A DNA stretch of 63,756 nucleotides, filler included, from Octopus bimaculoides (taxonomy: Eukaryota), in the NCBI RefSeq assembly GCF_001194135.2. It is 5 parts of 4 records of this genome, joined end to end, with 100 filler letters (N's around TTAATTAATTAA, not from the genome) between each part and the next. Parts side by side here need not be neighbours in the genome. Positions count along the whole stretch, not along the records: positions 32,323 to 58,404 come from NC_068981.1; 4 more parts are not named here. One strand, given 5' to 3'. Shown piece by piece: positions 40,088 to 52,624 of this stretch. Numbering within the stretch: position 1 is the stretch's first letter; the number at the start of each line of letters is the position of its first letter. The position numbers and the translations under genes are program-made. The notes beneath the pieces are model-generated. The model made no database searches. It saw nothing but the letters and a program-made list of their open reading frames with translations, and was not told where the DNA came from.

Positions 40088-40292
40088 GGCGGCGAGCTGG
40101 CAGAATCGTTATTGCGCCGGGAAAAATGCTTAGCGGCATTTCGTTCGACTTTACGTTCTGAGTTCGAATGCCACCGAAGTCGACTTTGCCTTTTGGGGTC
40201 GATAAAATAACAACCAGCTGAACACTGGGGTTGCTGTAAGCGACTTGCTTCTCCTACAAAATTGCTGGCATTGAGCCAAAATGTGAAACCAA
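40088..40292 (+). mobile_element. SINE family B
   Basis: ggcggcgagctggcagaatcgtt...gtcgactttgcc. Confidence 0.9.
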
Positions 40293-40885
40293 TTAATAAT
40301 TAAAATTAAATGGCTTCAAATAGAAATTCAACACAGACCACAAAATTGCCTTACTTTCAATTTATCCACCAAACATCGAAATTCAGTTTCCAACAAGTGT
40401 TGCTATTGTTAACGTTGCAGTTTTGTGTTAAACTTTTCCATGCTATCATTGAAGTTATTTATCTTTCTTTCTTTTTTGCTTGGTTATTATTTTTTTACAA
40501 CAGAGATAAACTTGCTTTATCCCACTTCCTTTCAGCTGCTTCACTGTTTATGTTATATATTGTACTGAGTATTTCTTGCTGCATTTCTGTCTATTTTTGC
40601 TAAATACACAAAAGATTATTATGTCTGTGAATAATACATCTCACCTTCATTCACATAGCTGCAACTGAATCTGTACTAGAAACTATTTCAACTTTGAGTA
40701 TCTGCTTAATCTATACAAAAGCTTAAATATAGAGTGAGCAGGAGTTCAAAGCTGAAATATCTAAGGTATGTCCTATATAAAGCTTAACGAGCCAACCAAA
40801 GATCCTCTAGGTGGTTGATCAACCTGCTAGAAATAGCAGATGAATATGCCTCAAATGACATCTAGCGTGTGTATGTGCGTGTGTG

Positions 40886-40958
<73 letters not shown>

Positions 40959-41008
40959 ATCTGTATACATACATACATTCAGACAGACAGTCAGACAGAC
41001 TGATAGAC

Positions 41009-41051
<43 letters not shown>

Positions 41052-41174
41052 CAGATCTACGCACGCCCGCACGCGCGCGCACGGAGGCAAATCGCTTAGT
41101 GGTTTGGGTGTTGCACTCATGATCGTAAGATTGTAGTTGTAGTGTATGCGAGTGATTAGTAGTAAACGGCTTAC

Positions 41175-41532
41175 CTCGTCTTCCATCCACCGCACGATCC
41201 TGTCCTGTGGTGTTCTGTCCTCGCGCCTGGCCCGACCCGAAGAACGCTAGAAATAGCAGCTGCCTCTCCCTCACCTGGACGATCGCCTCGCACGTCTTCG
41301 CGTCGCAACCACCCCGCTCGACAAAAGGCACGAAATCCCAATCGTGACTCCTTCTTCCCCTCTTCCTCTTCCGGTCAGCTCCCAGTTCCGATCAGCTCCC
41401 GGTTCCGGTCAGCGGTCAGCTCTCCAGTCGCTGACGTCATACCACACGCCACGCTGATCTTAAAGAGCACATCCGCCCCTACTCCACGTCGAAGTCCGCC
41501 ATCCAACTGGGCGGGTGCCTTACGCGTCAAGA
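41175..41532 (-). promoter_or_regulatory. GC/CpG-rich island: putative promoter and first exon (ATG GAA GAC GAG|GTAAG)
   Basis: GC box at 41472-41479, palindromic CRE TGACGTCA at 41432-41439, CCGGAAG at 41368-41374, CCAAT at 41338-41342, strong donor at 41174. An LTR origin is not excluded. Confidence 0.5.
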
Positions 41533-42247
41533 NNNNNNNNNNNNNNNNNNNNNNNNNNNNNNNNNNNNNNNNNNNNNNNNNNNNNNNNNNNNNNNNNNNN
41601 NNNNNNNNNNNNNNNNNNNNNNNNNNNNNNNNNNNNNNNNNNNNNNNNNNNNNNNNNNNNNNNNNNNNNNNNNNNNNNNNNNNNNNNNNNNNNNNNNNNN
41701 NNNNNNNNNNNNNNNNNNNNNNNNNNNNNNNNNNNNNNNNNNNNNNNNNNNNNNNNNNNNNNNNNNNNNNNNNNNNNNNNNNNNNNNNNNNNNNNNNNNN
41801 NNNNNNNNNNNNNNNNNNNNNNNNNNNNNNNNNNNNNNNNNNNNNNNNNNNNNNNNNNNNNNNNNNNNNNNNNNNNNNNNNNNNNNNNNNNNNNNNNNNN
41901 NNNNNNNNNNNNNNNNNNNNNNNNNNNNNNNNNNNNNNNNNNNNNNNNNNNNNNNNNNNNNNNNNNNNNNNNNNNNNNNNNNNNNNNNNNNNNNNNNNNN
42001 NNNNNNNNNNNNNNNNNNNNNNNNNNNNNNNNNNNNNNNNNNNNNNNNNNNNNNNNNNNNNNNNNNNNNNNNNNNNNNNNNNNNNNNNNNNNNNNNNNNN
42101 NNNNNNNNNNNNNNNNNATATATATATATATATATAGTGAATCCCCCCATTAAAAAAAACGAAGAAAAAACACAAAAAAAACAGCAAGTCGCGGAGGTGG
42201 TGCATGCAAAGTGATAGCAGATACTTAAGGAAGAAAAGAAAGGTACT

Positions 42248-42280
42248 TTTTATGTTTCGAGCAAAGCTCTTCGTCAGAAA
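42248..42280 (-). ncRNA. Minimal type I hammerhead motif, stem III mutated
   Basis: TTT-CTGACGA-A-GAGC(ttt)GCTC-GAAAC-AT-A-AAA. Confidence 0.55.
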
Positions 42281-43589
42281 CAGGAGATGGGGGAAAGTCC
42301 AAGAGAAAAGGAAGACGGAGGTACTTAAATTGAGGTATTTGGTTAGGTCGATCTAATTTGCACACCCAAACAATATCAGGCGAATATCAAACTCTGTGCA
42401 CATGTGTTTGCACTTGATATTCTTTCAGTGTATGCAGATAACACGACCCAACTTAATGAAAAAATCCGCTCTTTGTTGTTTAGACATGTACTTCAAAAGA
42501 AAGGCATCCAGTTGACGATCGAAAGTGAAAAGGGAAAAAATTTAAAGATATGCGCTTATATAACGGATGCATCCTCTTAGATGTCTGAGAAGTACTTTAA
42601 CCTCCTTGGATATCCGTACAATGTAAAGTGTCAGTAACGACACTTTACATTGTTGAGAACTGAAAGGATTTTCTGGATATGAAAATAAATCTGCACTTCT
42701 ATTGTTTGGAATCTTCCTTTTTTTTTCTTCCTTTTTTTAATGTGTGACCGTTACACAGGTTTACTCGACCTTCTGATGCTTAAAGGTCTTATGGGATATT
42801 ATGGTTTTCGATTTCTTTCTGTGAAAGATATACATACTTGATAGGAAGTTTGTGAGATACTTTTGTGCAGTTTGCTATTATTTGCGTTTGTGTGTAAAGT
42901 TATGGTCGACAGTAAATAGCGCATTAGAGTAGAGGGAAAAGAGCACTAAGGATATAATCAATTACTAAGGTAAGAAATTGGTAGAATATGGGTTGGTGAG
43001 AGTCACGCCAGCAAACAATGTGATAGGGCAACGTGACAGTGAACTTCCGATTAAAGTAATAATCATATGTAAGCTATAGTTAGTTATTTTGCTTGAACTT
43101 TCTCATGCCTGATACTGAGATATTACTAATTTGAGAATATATACAATGGGAAACGGAAGCACACACCTTCGAGGAAATATTCTAGAAAATAGAAATACAT
43201 AAACGTGACTAATTTAAGTCCCTTGCGTAGCCTAGCAGTTAAGATATTTGGTTCTCATAAGATTCGTGAGTTCAGTTCCTGAGTCAAGCGGTGAGTTACG
43301 TTCTTGAGCAAGGTGCTTAATTTCACGTTTTTGCAATCTAATCAGTAGTAATAAGTTCCAGCCCTCTCCTTCCAGCCGTTATTTCTTAGGTCAATGGTGG
43401 GAGGACTGAAAAGGTGCCTATGTATGATTGTAATTACAATATAATTATATAGGAACTTAAAAGAATATGTGAAAGTAAAGTACATGTTACCAAGCCATGC
43501 TCACTCTGTAAGAAATTTCTCTTTATACACACACGGAGATGCATGCACAATGACATTCATAATAGTATATACAAGCCATTTTAGAGAAG

Positions 43590-44190
43590 ATGGCAAGTAA
43601 ATGGATCCAATTACATCTGCTTTAAACCAGTTCCTTATTACATGCAAGAAACGAGTTGTGCCACTACTTCTAAAGCTGCACATCTCATTAGGTGACTCGA
43701 GACCAATTTCATTAAGCTATCTACCAACCATCGACTTGAACTTTAGATCCCCAGCTCTGGTAAATGCTGTTCTCAGTAGTTATTATCTTTTTGATAAATA
43801 ATCTGACTAATCAACGTTTCTATGTGGATCATGGGTTCCATCAGTCTCTCGGGGCCTGGGATCGGAAGCTTCTAATAACACACCATCGTGGCTTGTGACT
43901 ACAAACTTTTTGATCCACGTTCTGTCAATACCCCAGTATTCAGCAATGTCTCTTACACTCTTTCCGATCTGTATTAACGATCTTCACGCTATCATTTATA
44001 ACAAAACTGTCACCAGACAGAAAATATCACCCTTCACTCCATGCCCTCCCACACAAGGTGTTATCCACACGCAACCTGCATACCTCACATGAAATACACA
44101 CTCCCCACCAATGAGACATTGAGAGCGGACACCAATACGTAGAGAAACATTGGATTTCATTGAGCAGTATAAATACACATACTGGAAGGA
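43590..44190 (+). mobile_element. Degenerate CR1-like LINE RT fragment
   Basis: DSRPISL and SIPQYSAMSLTLFPICINDL resemble NYRPISL and GVPQGSVLSPTLF...INDL. Confidence 0.65.
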
Positions 44191-44280
44191 TTAAGACTGT
44201 CTAGATGTGAATGTAGAAAGCGAAAATTATTAAGAATATTACGATGTAGCGGAAGAACTGATGATGAAAGGTAATCTTTT

Positions 44281-44488
44281 CTACTCTAGGCACAATGCCT
44301 GAAATTTGGGGGGAGGGAACCAGTCGATTAGATCGACTCCAGTACAAAACTGGTACTTAACTTATCGACCCCGAAAGGACGAAAGGTAAAGTAGACCTCG
44401 GCGGAATTTGAACCCAGAACGTAGCGACGGACGAAATACGCTAAGCATTTCGCCCGACGTACGAACGATTCTGCCAGCTCGCCGCCTT
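44281..44488 (-). mobile_element. SINE family B, full length
   Basis: Reverse complement begins GGCGGCGAGCTGGCAGAATCGTT; central and tail segments present. Confidence 0.9.
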
Positions 44489-45190
44489 ATGATGAAAAGT
44501 AATGAAATAGAAAATTTTGCTCTTAGAAGTACATGTGAATGTTAATGTGAGTGCTTGCGTTCTGTTGATAGCTCAGCCAGGACAAAGAACAACGTCAATG
44601 AATAATTTAAGGTTATTCTATGGAAAGAAGAAATTATGCATTTTCTCAGACCAAAAAAGGAAGCTCAAATACTTGCTGCATAACAAATAGAATCGAAGAG
44701 AAAAGAATGGTAAATTTGATCTGTAACATAACGGAGTTGTTTTATTTGGATATAAAAAGTTAGTCTTTGAGTAAACAACTAAATCGTTTTAATATAAAAA
44801 AAAAAATTCCTATTGCTAGAAATATAAAATTCATTCCGTATACAGTGCTCTCTATTTTAACTAAGGGAGACAGTTTCATGGCTAAGCAGGTATTATTGGC
44901 GTAAGGTAAATGAATATGATTTTACTTAACAATTGAAACCGTATTGCAGAGTAGGTTCTCCTGAAACTTGCATTTCATTTGACAGATTTCAATAGGGATT
45001 TCATATATTGGCTCCATATCTCATGAACAAATTGACCTGATACATTACTTGTTCTTGTTTTTTGGACCAAAACAAAGATGAACAACAAAGTAAATGGACG
45101 CAACTAAATGCTAAGAGGCATTTTGTCTAGACTTTTATTCTCTCATCCACTATTCTCCATAGCACTAAAAATATTTTTAATATTTTTAAC

Positions 45191-45325
45191 AAGGCGACGA
45201 GCTGGCAGAATCGTTACTGCAACAAACAAAATGCTTGGCGGCATTTCTTCCGACTTCATGTTCTGAGTTCAAATGCCGCCGGGGTCGACCTTGCCTTTCA
45301 TCCTTTCCGGGTCGAAATTACTGAC
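45191..45325 (+). mobile_element. SINE family B, 5' half
   Basis: ggcgacgagctggcagaatcgtt...gtcgaccttgcctttcatcctttccgggtcga. Confidence 0.9.
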
Positions 45326-46274
45326 CTTGAGCCAAATTTTGAAACTAATATTCTTAATAAAACTTTCATATTACCTTTTGGTCCCGAGGACCTTCACAAA
45401 CTTTACAAAATCTTCCTTCTTACTACTTCTCAACCAAAGTGACTTGAGAAGTTTCACTCATACTGAGTAAGCCTCCACACTTGCAGCTCGCTTTGTCCCC
45501 AACACAACATTCCACATACTCAGCGAAACTCCGTCCAAACTCTAAAAATTCCTTTAAAAGACATTTCGATAACTGACTACATTACATTACTGATCCCGAA
45601 AGTATGCAGGGTATAGCCAATTGTGTCGAATGTTAACTCAGAATATAACCGAACTTAAATGCAGAAAAGCATTCAATCTGCCACTCTACCGTTTTGACTC
45701 CTCCAACGACCTTACGGCGCAAAAACATATTTACATCTTTCAATCGTCTGCGAGATGTTTATTTAATCCCACAACCCTAGCGTTATTTGAAATGTTGAAC
45801 GTTAAAGGGCAAGATTCAATACTGCCATGTGTTTAGTTCGATTTTCTACCGTATCCACCAATCGTGATTAAAATAAATATCAGTTCCTTTTCGCTTGGAA
45901 TAGATCTCTGTATTTTGTGGGAGTGTGTTTGCGATGAAATAGCATTCATAATTTTTCCCCGAGTCATAAAAAAGAATTAAATGGCTTCCAGTAACGGAAA
46001 TCGAAGTTGTATATCAGAATCGTCTCACCAAGAGTATACTTGTAGTTGCGTCTATTAATATTATACAAATATTGGTTTCTTTTCTTTTGAGGAAATACGA
46101 AAATGAAGTAAGTTATCTGCCATATTATCAGAAAGTATTTCATAAATCTATTGAGAAAAGAAAAATTAAAAAGAAAATTACATTATAGAAAAAAATGAAA
46201 TAAAAATATTGTGCTCAGTCAAAAGTTTGCAATATTTTGGTAACTTATTTGCTTTATTCGTCAAATTACCACAA

Positions 46275-46545
46275 AAGCAGCCTAGCATTCAAAGTAGAGA
46301 CCATCGTGTTGCGTCATCGAAAGCCACCTTTCTGTCAGTTCTTTGACCCCCCACGCTGATATCATTTCATCTCCTTCGAGGCAAAGAACTCTTTCATTAA
46401 AGCTTCCACCTCCTCTTGGTTGATGAAGCGTCACGAGCACAGAAAGTAAGTGTATAATCTGAGAAGAGAAGTTATAGGTTTCAAATCAAGTATCAATAAA
46501 TATTTTCTTTATCTCCAATTTTGACTGAACAGTGGCAACCACTAG
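46275..46545 (-). mobile_element. Mariner transposase C-terminal fragment
   Basis: RFINQEEVEALMKEFFASK...ELTERW...DGLYFE* matches the mariner C-terminus. Confidence 0.75.
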
Positions 46546-48775
46546 ACAGCTGGCCTCTAAAGTAATTGACTTTTTCTGTTTTATGTCTCAAACAGCTATA
46601 ACTGCTAAGCTTAGCAGAAGCTTGTTAGTGACATGACAGCGTTTAAAACGTTCTCGTATATTTTGAAGCCAGTTAGCAGAAACGGTAGTATCAAACAAAT
46701 ACTTTACAAAATTAAGTTTCAATACTTTACGTTCTGAATCCAAATTCCACCATGGTTAGCTTTAGTTTTCACCACTTCAGGTTCGATTACTGAAATAGAT
46801 AAAATAGACTATGTTTCCTTCTCAAAAAATAGCCGTATTTGTAAGAAACTAAGACTGTGTTGTAAGATACAGTGGCTGCAACGACTTTTGTATAATGAAG
46901 AATGATTTTTGTTTTGAAAGAACCAGGTTGTATTGCATAAGAAATCTTTTGTCCACAATTTGGTTTGATTAGTTTTTTGTAGAAGTGATTAACTTCTCAA
47001 ATTATCAGAATACTTATTGTAGCTACTAGTGCTGACAATAAAGTTGTTTACACGTAGACATGTTTAAGAAAATTATACTAACAGTCTGTGTCCGCACTAT
47101 TTGTGTATGATGTCTACTGAACAATTAAAATTAATTTCCGACGCAGTAAAAGTCTCGCCGAAGTTGACTTTGTATTGCAAAACTCAGTGGCTGATGAAAT
47201 TATGGGTTAAGTCGACATCCTAACTTTCTTTTAAAACCTTGGTGTTATTAAGCGATTTAATAGAATCTGTAATCCAGTTTCGACTCCCAGTTGTTACCGT
47301 TTTACTTGACTAACATCACTAAGTATCTGATGATAATATAAACGTCCCCATTGTTTCTATAAAAAGACGATGGCTATACCCAGGACGGTAGAACGTCACA
47401 CAAAGGGTTTTTAGCATTTAATTTCGGCTTTTTATTATCCCTGTTTTGTTTTTCATTCCTGTCTTGGCGATAGTAATACACCGCTTAGAAAAATATGGTA
47501 GTTGGATTCAATCAAATACATTTCTTCTCTACAAATGTGATCTTTTGCTTTGACAAAATAAACCAATATGGCGAAAATAAATATTAACACCTGAGTTTAT
47601 TTTAAAAGGATTCTAAAATATTTACGTTTGACATTGATGTAAGCAAAGCTATCACTTAACTTTCCTACTTCATATATTTAACAAATATCGAAACATATCT
47701 CATCGTCTTAAATGTAGAATGATGTTTATCAACGGAACAAAACACTCTCGTTTTCCAAAGTACGAGCCGACGAAGGAGCCTCTATGCTGTCGTTCAGTTT
47801 GCTAGAAATAACAGCCGAATCTCTAATTCACTTTAAAAAGTATGAGCACATTGGATAATGTAGTTCTGGATATGCCATGTTTAAAAATGAGACGATATTT
47901 GATTGTAAGCCTTTGAACAAAGATATGTTCAAGCGGACCTAATCTAGAGCCAAACTACAATACTCAAAATTAATAATATTTGATCAACATTTTTTTCCAA
48001 TTCTTCAAACAAGTTTATATACCTTAAATCTTGAATATGATATTGATATAAACACAAAGAGGTGTCTAGTTTAAAAGAAAGTTTATGTTTTAAGCTTCAG
48101 ATGTAGAGAGTTACAAATTTCATAACTCTGAGATCAATTTCATACTTCTAAGTTTCAAACTTCATAAATATCAGACACTTCCTGCTAAAGAATCAAATTA
48201 CTACACATATCTCATAGTTACATGTGGCCCTGCACCAGTGTAACAAATAATTATAGTAAAGACAAACGATCTACTTTACAAGGATCTTAATTGTTATTTA
48301 TAACCGGGAAATTTGCAGTACTTTAATGCATACGGAAATCTTATAAAACCTGAGTTTGCTATAAAATAGATAAGGATACAAATAAATTGTATCCTTGTAC
48401 AACAGGAAATAATACAGGAAAACTTATAATGAAGTCACTGCACACAATAAGTTTAAACTCATTAATATTTTTTGAATTGCGTGAAAAATACTTGTTTGTA
48501 CATGTAGCAATACAATATCTTTATAATGATATTTGTGAGGAATATATTTGTTTTTGAGGTGTCAGTACCTGTATGTGTGTGTATGTATAAATATACACGT
48601 GAGTGTGTATGTATGTATATATGACTTGATATACACGCATGTGTGTGCGTGCATGTATATAAGTATACCCATGTACACAGACATAACAGAGGTAAATAGA
48701 CATCCTTATAATCATCAAAATTTCTTTAAACCTGAAATTATACATTCAAATTATTTATTGTTATAATGTGAATAT

Positions 48776-49788
48776 TTAATATTTAGTAGACATGCCCCAT
48801 ACGTTATTCAGTGCAAGGACCCTATTAGGCATGTTACTGATCAGATGATAAATATTCTCTTGCGGAATTTCTTGCCAAGTTTCATGCAGTAATCTCAAAA
48901 GATTTGGCTTTGAAGATGTTTTCTTGTTCTTTTTATGAAGTGTCCTGTCCATTATGTCCCAAAGGTGTTCAATAGGGTTCATATCTGGTGACTGACTTGC
49001 CTATGGAAGTTTTTTAATGCCATTTTCATCAAACAAATCTCGGGTCATTTTAGCCGTGTGACAAGGAGCCCCATATTCCATAAATAAAGAGTCTTCTTTA
49101 ATCATTTTACCACTGGAGAAGATAGGAAGGAGTCCTTTCTGCAATATGGATACATATTTATCTGATTTTGTGTTTCCCTCACATTCCACCAGCTCTGATC
49201 AACCATTGCTCCAAATTGCCCTCCAGACCATCACAGAATAGCTGCCATGTTTCATTGTCGGTTGCAATCCTTTCACATCAAATACTCCAGCCCCACAATC
49301 GACTACTGGTCAGGAAATACAGCAAATCTGGACTCATCAGAGAATATGACAGTATCTCAAAATGCTAGTGGCCTCTCCACCATCTATCTCACTGGCCCAA
49401 TCTTTTGTCCGCTTGATGTTGGCTGGTCGAAGAAGTGGCTTCCTTCTTGCTGCTCTGCCATTGTAATCAAGTTTGTGGAGATACCTGACAGCAGTTCTGA
49501 GACTAACATCAACTTGTTCTGCTATGTCAGAGGTCTTGCAACGCGGATTATCCTCCACATTTCTCTTAGAAAAGAGAAGTCTCCTGTCAGAGGGCCCTGG
49601 TTGATCTGGGTGAGGTGATGTGGACTCCTTCCTTTCACTGGTGAATTGCACAATCACTCTATTAACTGTAGAAAGTGGGATCCCAAGGTTTTCTGCGATT
49701 TTACGCTATGTCCACCATCAGAATGACCCACAATACGGCCTCTTTGAAATTCAGACAATTCCAATGCTTCTTTTGTACATGGCATCAT
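48776..49788 (-). pseudogene. Tc1-like transposase, near full length, frameshifted
   Basis: [35 protein letters not shown] (second D changed to Y), SPDMNPIEHLW; several stops and frameshifts. Confidence 0.9.
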
Positions 49789-50024
49789 TAAACAGTTACG
49801 TATAGAACCTGAAACATAAAGGCGTCAATGAATAAAAGATATAAACCATTACAAGTTAGAATAAACATAAAACAATGTTTTGTGGCGTGTCTATTTACTT
49901 CTGTTATGTCTGTGTATATGTACATATATATGCACTCACCTCACATTCACACATACACACGTGTGTGTGTGTGTGCGTGTGTGTGTGTGTGTGTGCGCGT
50001 GTGTGCGCGTGTGTGTGTGTGTGC

Positions 50025-50060
<36 letters not shown>

Positions 50061-50067
50061 ATATCTT

Positions 50068-50405
50068 TGAGGGTCGGCTGAAAAGTTCATAGAGTGACCA
50101 AAATACCATCATGGAACGTGACCAAATGAAGTTTATTTATCAGCATAGTCCCTCTTGCATCAAACATCATTACTGCGATGCTGCTTCCCAGTCAATTGTC
50201 TTCTCATATTGGGAACAGATAATAATCAGATGGGGCGAAAATAGGAGATTAGGGACGGTGGTCAACCAGTTGGAAGCCAGTCCTGCACAGCAACCATTGA
50301 GACCAAGGTTTTGTGTGCTGGAGCATTGTCTTGGTGAAACAAGACCTTTTTCTTAAGTTTTCCTGCGCATTTAGCCTTGATAGCCTTTTGTAACTGCCTC
50401 AACAA
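50068..50405 (-). mobile_element. Mariner 3' end with TIR
   Basis: LFHQDNAPAH...APSDYYLFPNM; terminus gagggtcggctgaaaagttcata. Confidence 0.85.
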
Positions 50406-50837
50406 AATTTTGTCCATTTTCAGGACAAGTCACTACTAATTACTTTTGAAGTCTCCTTTGAACAGTTAGATGTCAGTTTACCTGGAAAGAAAAAATTCAG
50501 TTATTAATAAGAAGGGGTAAAATCAATGCATGCGCGCGCGCGCGTGTATAAGATAAGTATATACGGATAAATTACCCAGGCACCATAATAACTCTCAGGC
50601 ATATTCCAGGTTCCAGCTAACCACATCAAGTAGTAATAAACATCAACTACCGTTTAGTGTGGGATATTCCACTGTAATTCTTGGGAACGATAAAGACTGG
50701 TACATCTTCAGAATTTTCTTTTAATGTTACAGTTATACACCATAATTACTTAACTAACTAGTTATGCTGTATAACTAATTAAAGTAAAAGAAAAAACTGA
50801 AGATGTATCAGTCTCCGTCTTCTTTGTAATTGTTTGG

Positions 50838-50879
<42 letters not shown>

Positions 50880-51295
50880 NNNNNNNNNNNNNNNNNNNNN
50901 NNNNNNNNNNNNNNNNNNNNNNNNNNNNNNNNNNNNNNNNNNNNNNNNNNNNNNNNNNNNNNNNNNNNNNNNNNNNNNNNNNNNNNNNNNNNNNNNNNNN
51001 NNNNNNNNNNNNNNNNNNNNNNNNNNNNNNNNNNNNNNNNNNNNNNNNNNNNNNNNNNNNNNNNNNNNNNNNNNNNNNNNNNNNNNNNNNNNNNNNNNNN
51101 NNNNNNNNNNNNNNNNNNNNNNNNNNNNNNNNNNNNNNNNNNNNNNNNNNNNNNNNNNNNNNNNNNNNNNNNNNNNNNNNNNNNNNNNNNNNNNNNNNNN
51201 NNNNNNNNNNNNNNNNNNNNNNNNNNNNNNNNNNNNNNNNNNNNNNNNNNNNNNNNNNNNNNNNNNNNNNNNNNNNNNNNNNNNNNNNNNNNNNN

Positions 51296-52590
51296 CAATA
51301 GAAAATCTGGACGTAATCCTCAAGGCATCCTACATACAAATCAAAGATTCCATCGAAACCTCCAGACTAACCTAAACTTTTGGGAACCAATACCTACCAA
51401 TCCACCCCCATCATCTCAAAATAAATGGAAGAATTTACCTCCGAGACTTAACCCTCAAATTGGTTACTTCAATCATTCAACTAGATACAACCTTACTAGA
51501 CAACATAACTTCTCCCTCCACCCACATTACAATATTAAAATAAATTTAACCCAAACCACATCAACCATAGACAATATAACAACCCTCAGTACAACCATAA
51601 TCTAGCCCGCTACACAGTCACTCCACCACAAACATACTACCACAGACTCACTTTACACCCATTTTCTCCTCAGCAAACCAAACACAATACAGACTTTCCA
51701 CAACAATCCACCGACTACAACCATTTTTTAAACCTAAATCAGAGAAACAGAGATGTGAAATGGAACAAACTGTACAAGAACAACCAAAAATAATCAACTT
51801 ATCAAAGAAAATCCTAAGTATTACACAAACTAACATTCTAGTAAGAGGTTTAAAGTTTACTCCAACCCCTTGCAGATCGAGCCTGGATGAAATTAAGGAT
51901 AACACTATGGATTTCTGCCGAAAATTACGCTTCACAGAAGCACTTCACAACTACACCAGCGAAGATGGCTCAATAGTAAAAAACAAGAGTGAATACTGTA
52001 CTACAAAAGGCAGAAGTAAAGCACTTGATGCTTTTTGTGAACACATTACCAGTTTTCCTTTTAATACCCTACAAAAACAACGAATTAAATCCAATCTTAA
52101 TGTAAATGAATGGAAAGACTTAATCGAGTTTAAAAATTATATAAATCTGGCCATTAAAGAAGCCGATAAAGAAAGTACCGTAGTGATGATGGACACAGAG
52201 TACTACAAAAAGTTAATACTCTCTATTTGGAAAATAATATTTACTATGAGAAGATAGTACAATACAACCCACAGAAGACACTTTAAAACTTATTCTCTTT
52301 ACTTCTAATACATGGAAAGGGCCTCACTAAACATGAAATTGACTAGTCTATTCTATGGATTACCTAAAATACAAACTGAGACCCATCATTGCTGGCCCCG
52401 CTTGTGAAACCCACCGTTTGAGCAACTTCCTCGCCATCTTACTCAAACCGCTTCTAAAATATGTGAAAAGCTTCATCAGGGATAACTTAGACATGCTTAA
52501 CCACCTCCCAAAGACAATAAATGAAGGAACCCTGCTAGTATCATTCAATGTGGTGAATTTGTACACCAATATCCCACACGATTATAGTAT
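51296..52590 (+). mobile_element. Penelope-like retroelement ORF fragment (N-terminus to RT motif A)
   Basis: IINLSKKILS...RGLKFTPTP, SNLNVNE...IKEADKESTVVMMD...Y, LRPII, LLVSFNVVNLYTNIP are hallmark PLE motifs; frameshifted. Confidence 0.9.
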
Positions 52591-52624
52591 AATACCTTGG
52601 ATTTTACTTTTAATCTCGACAGAC

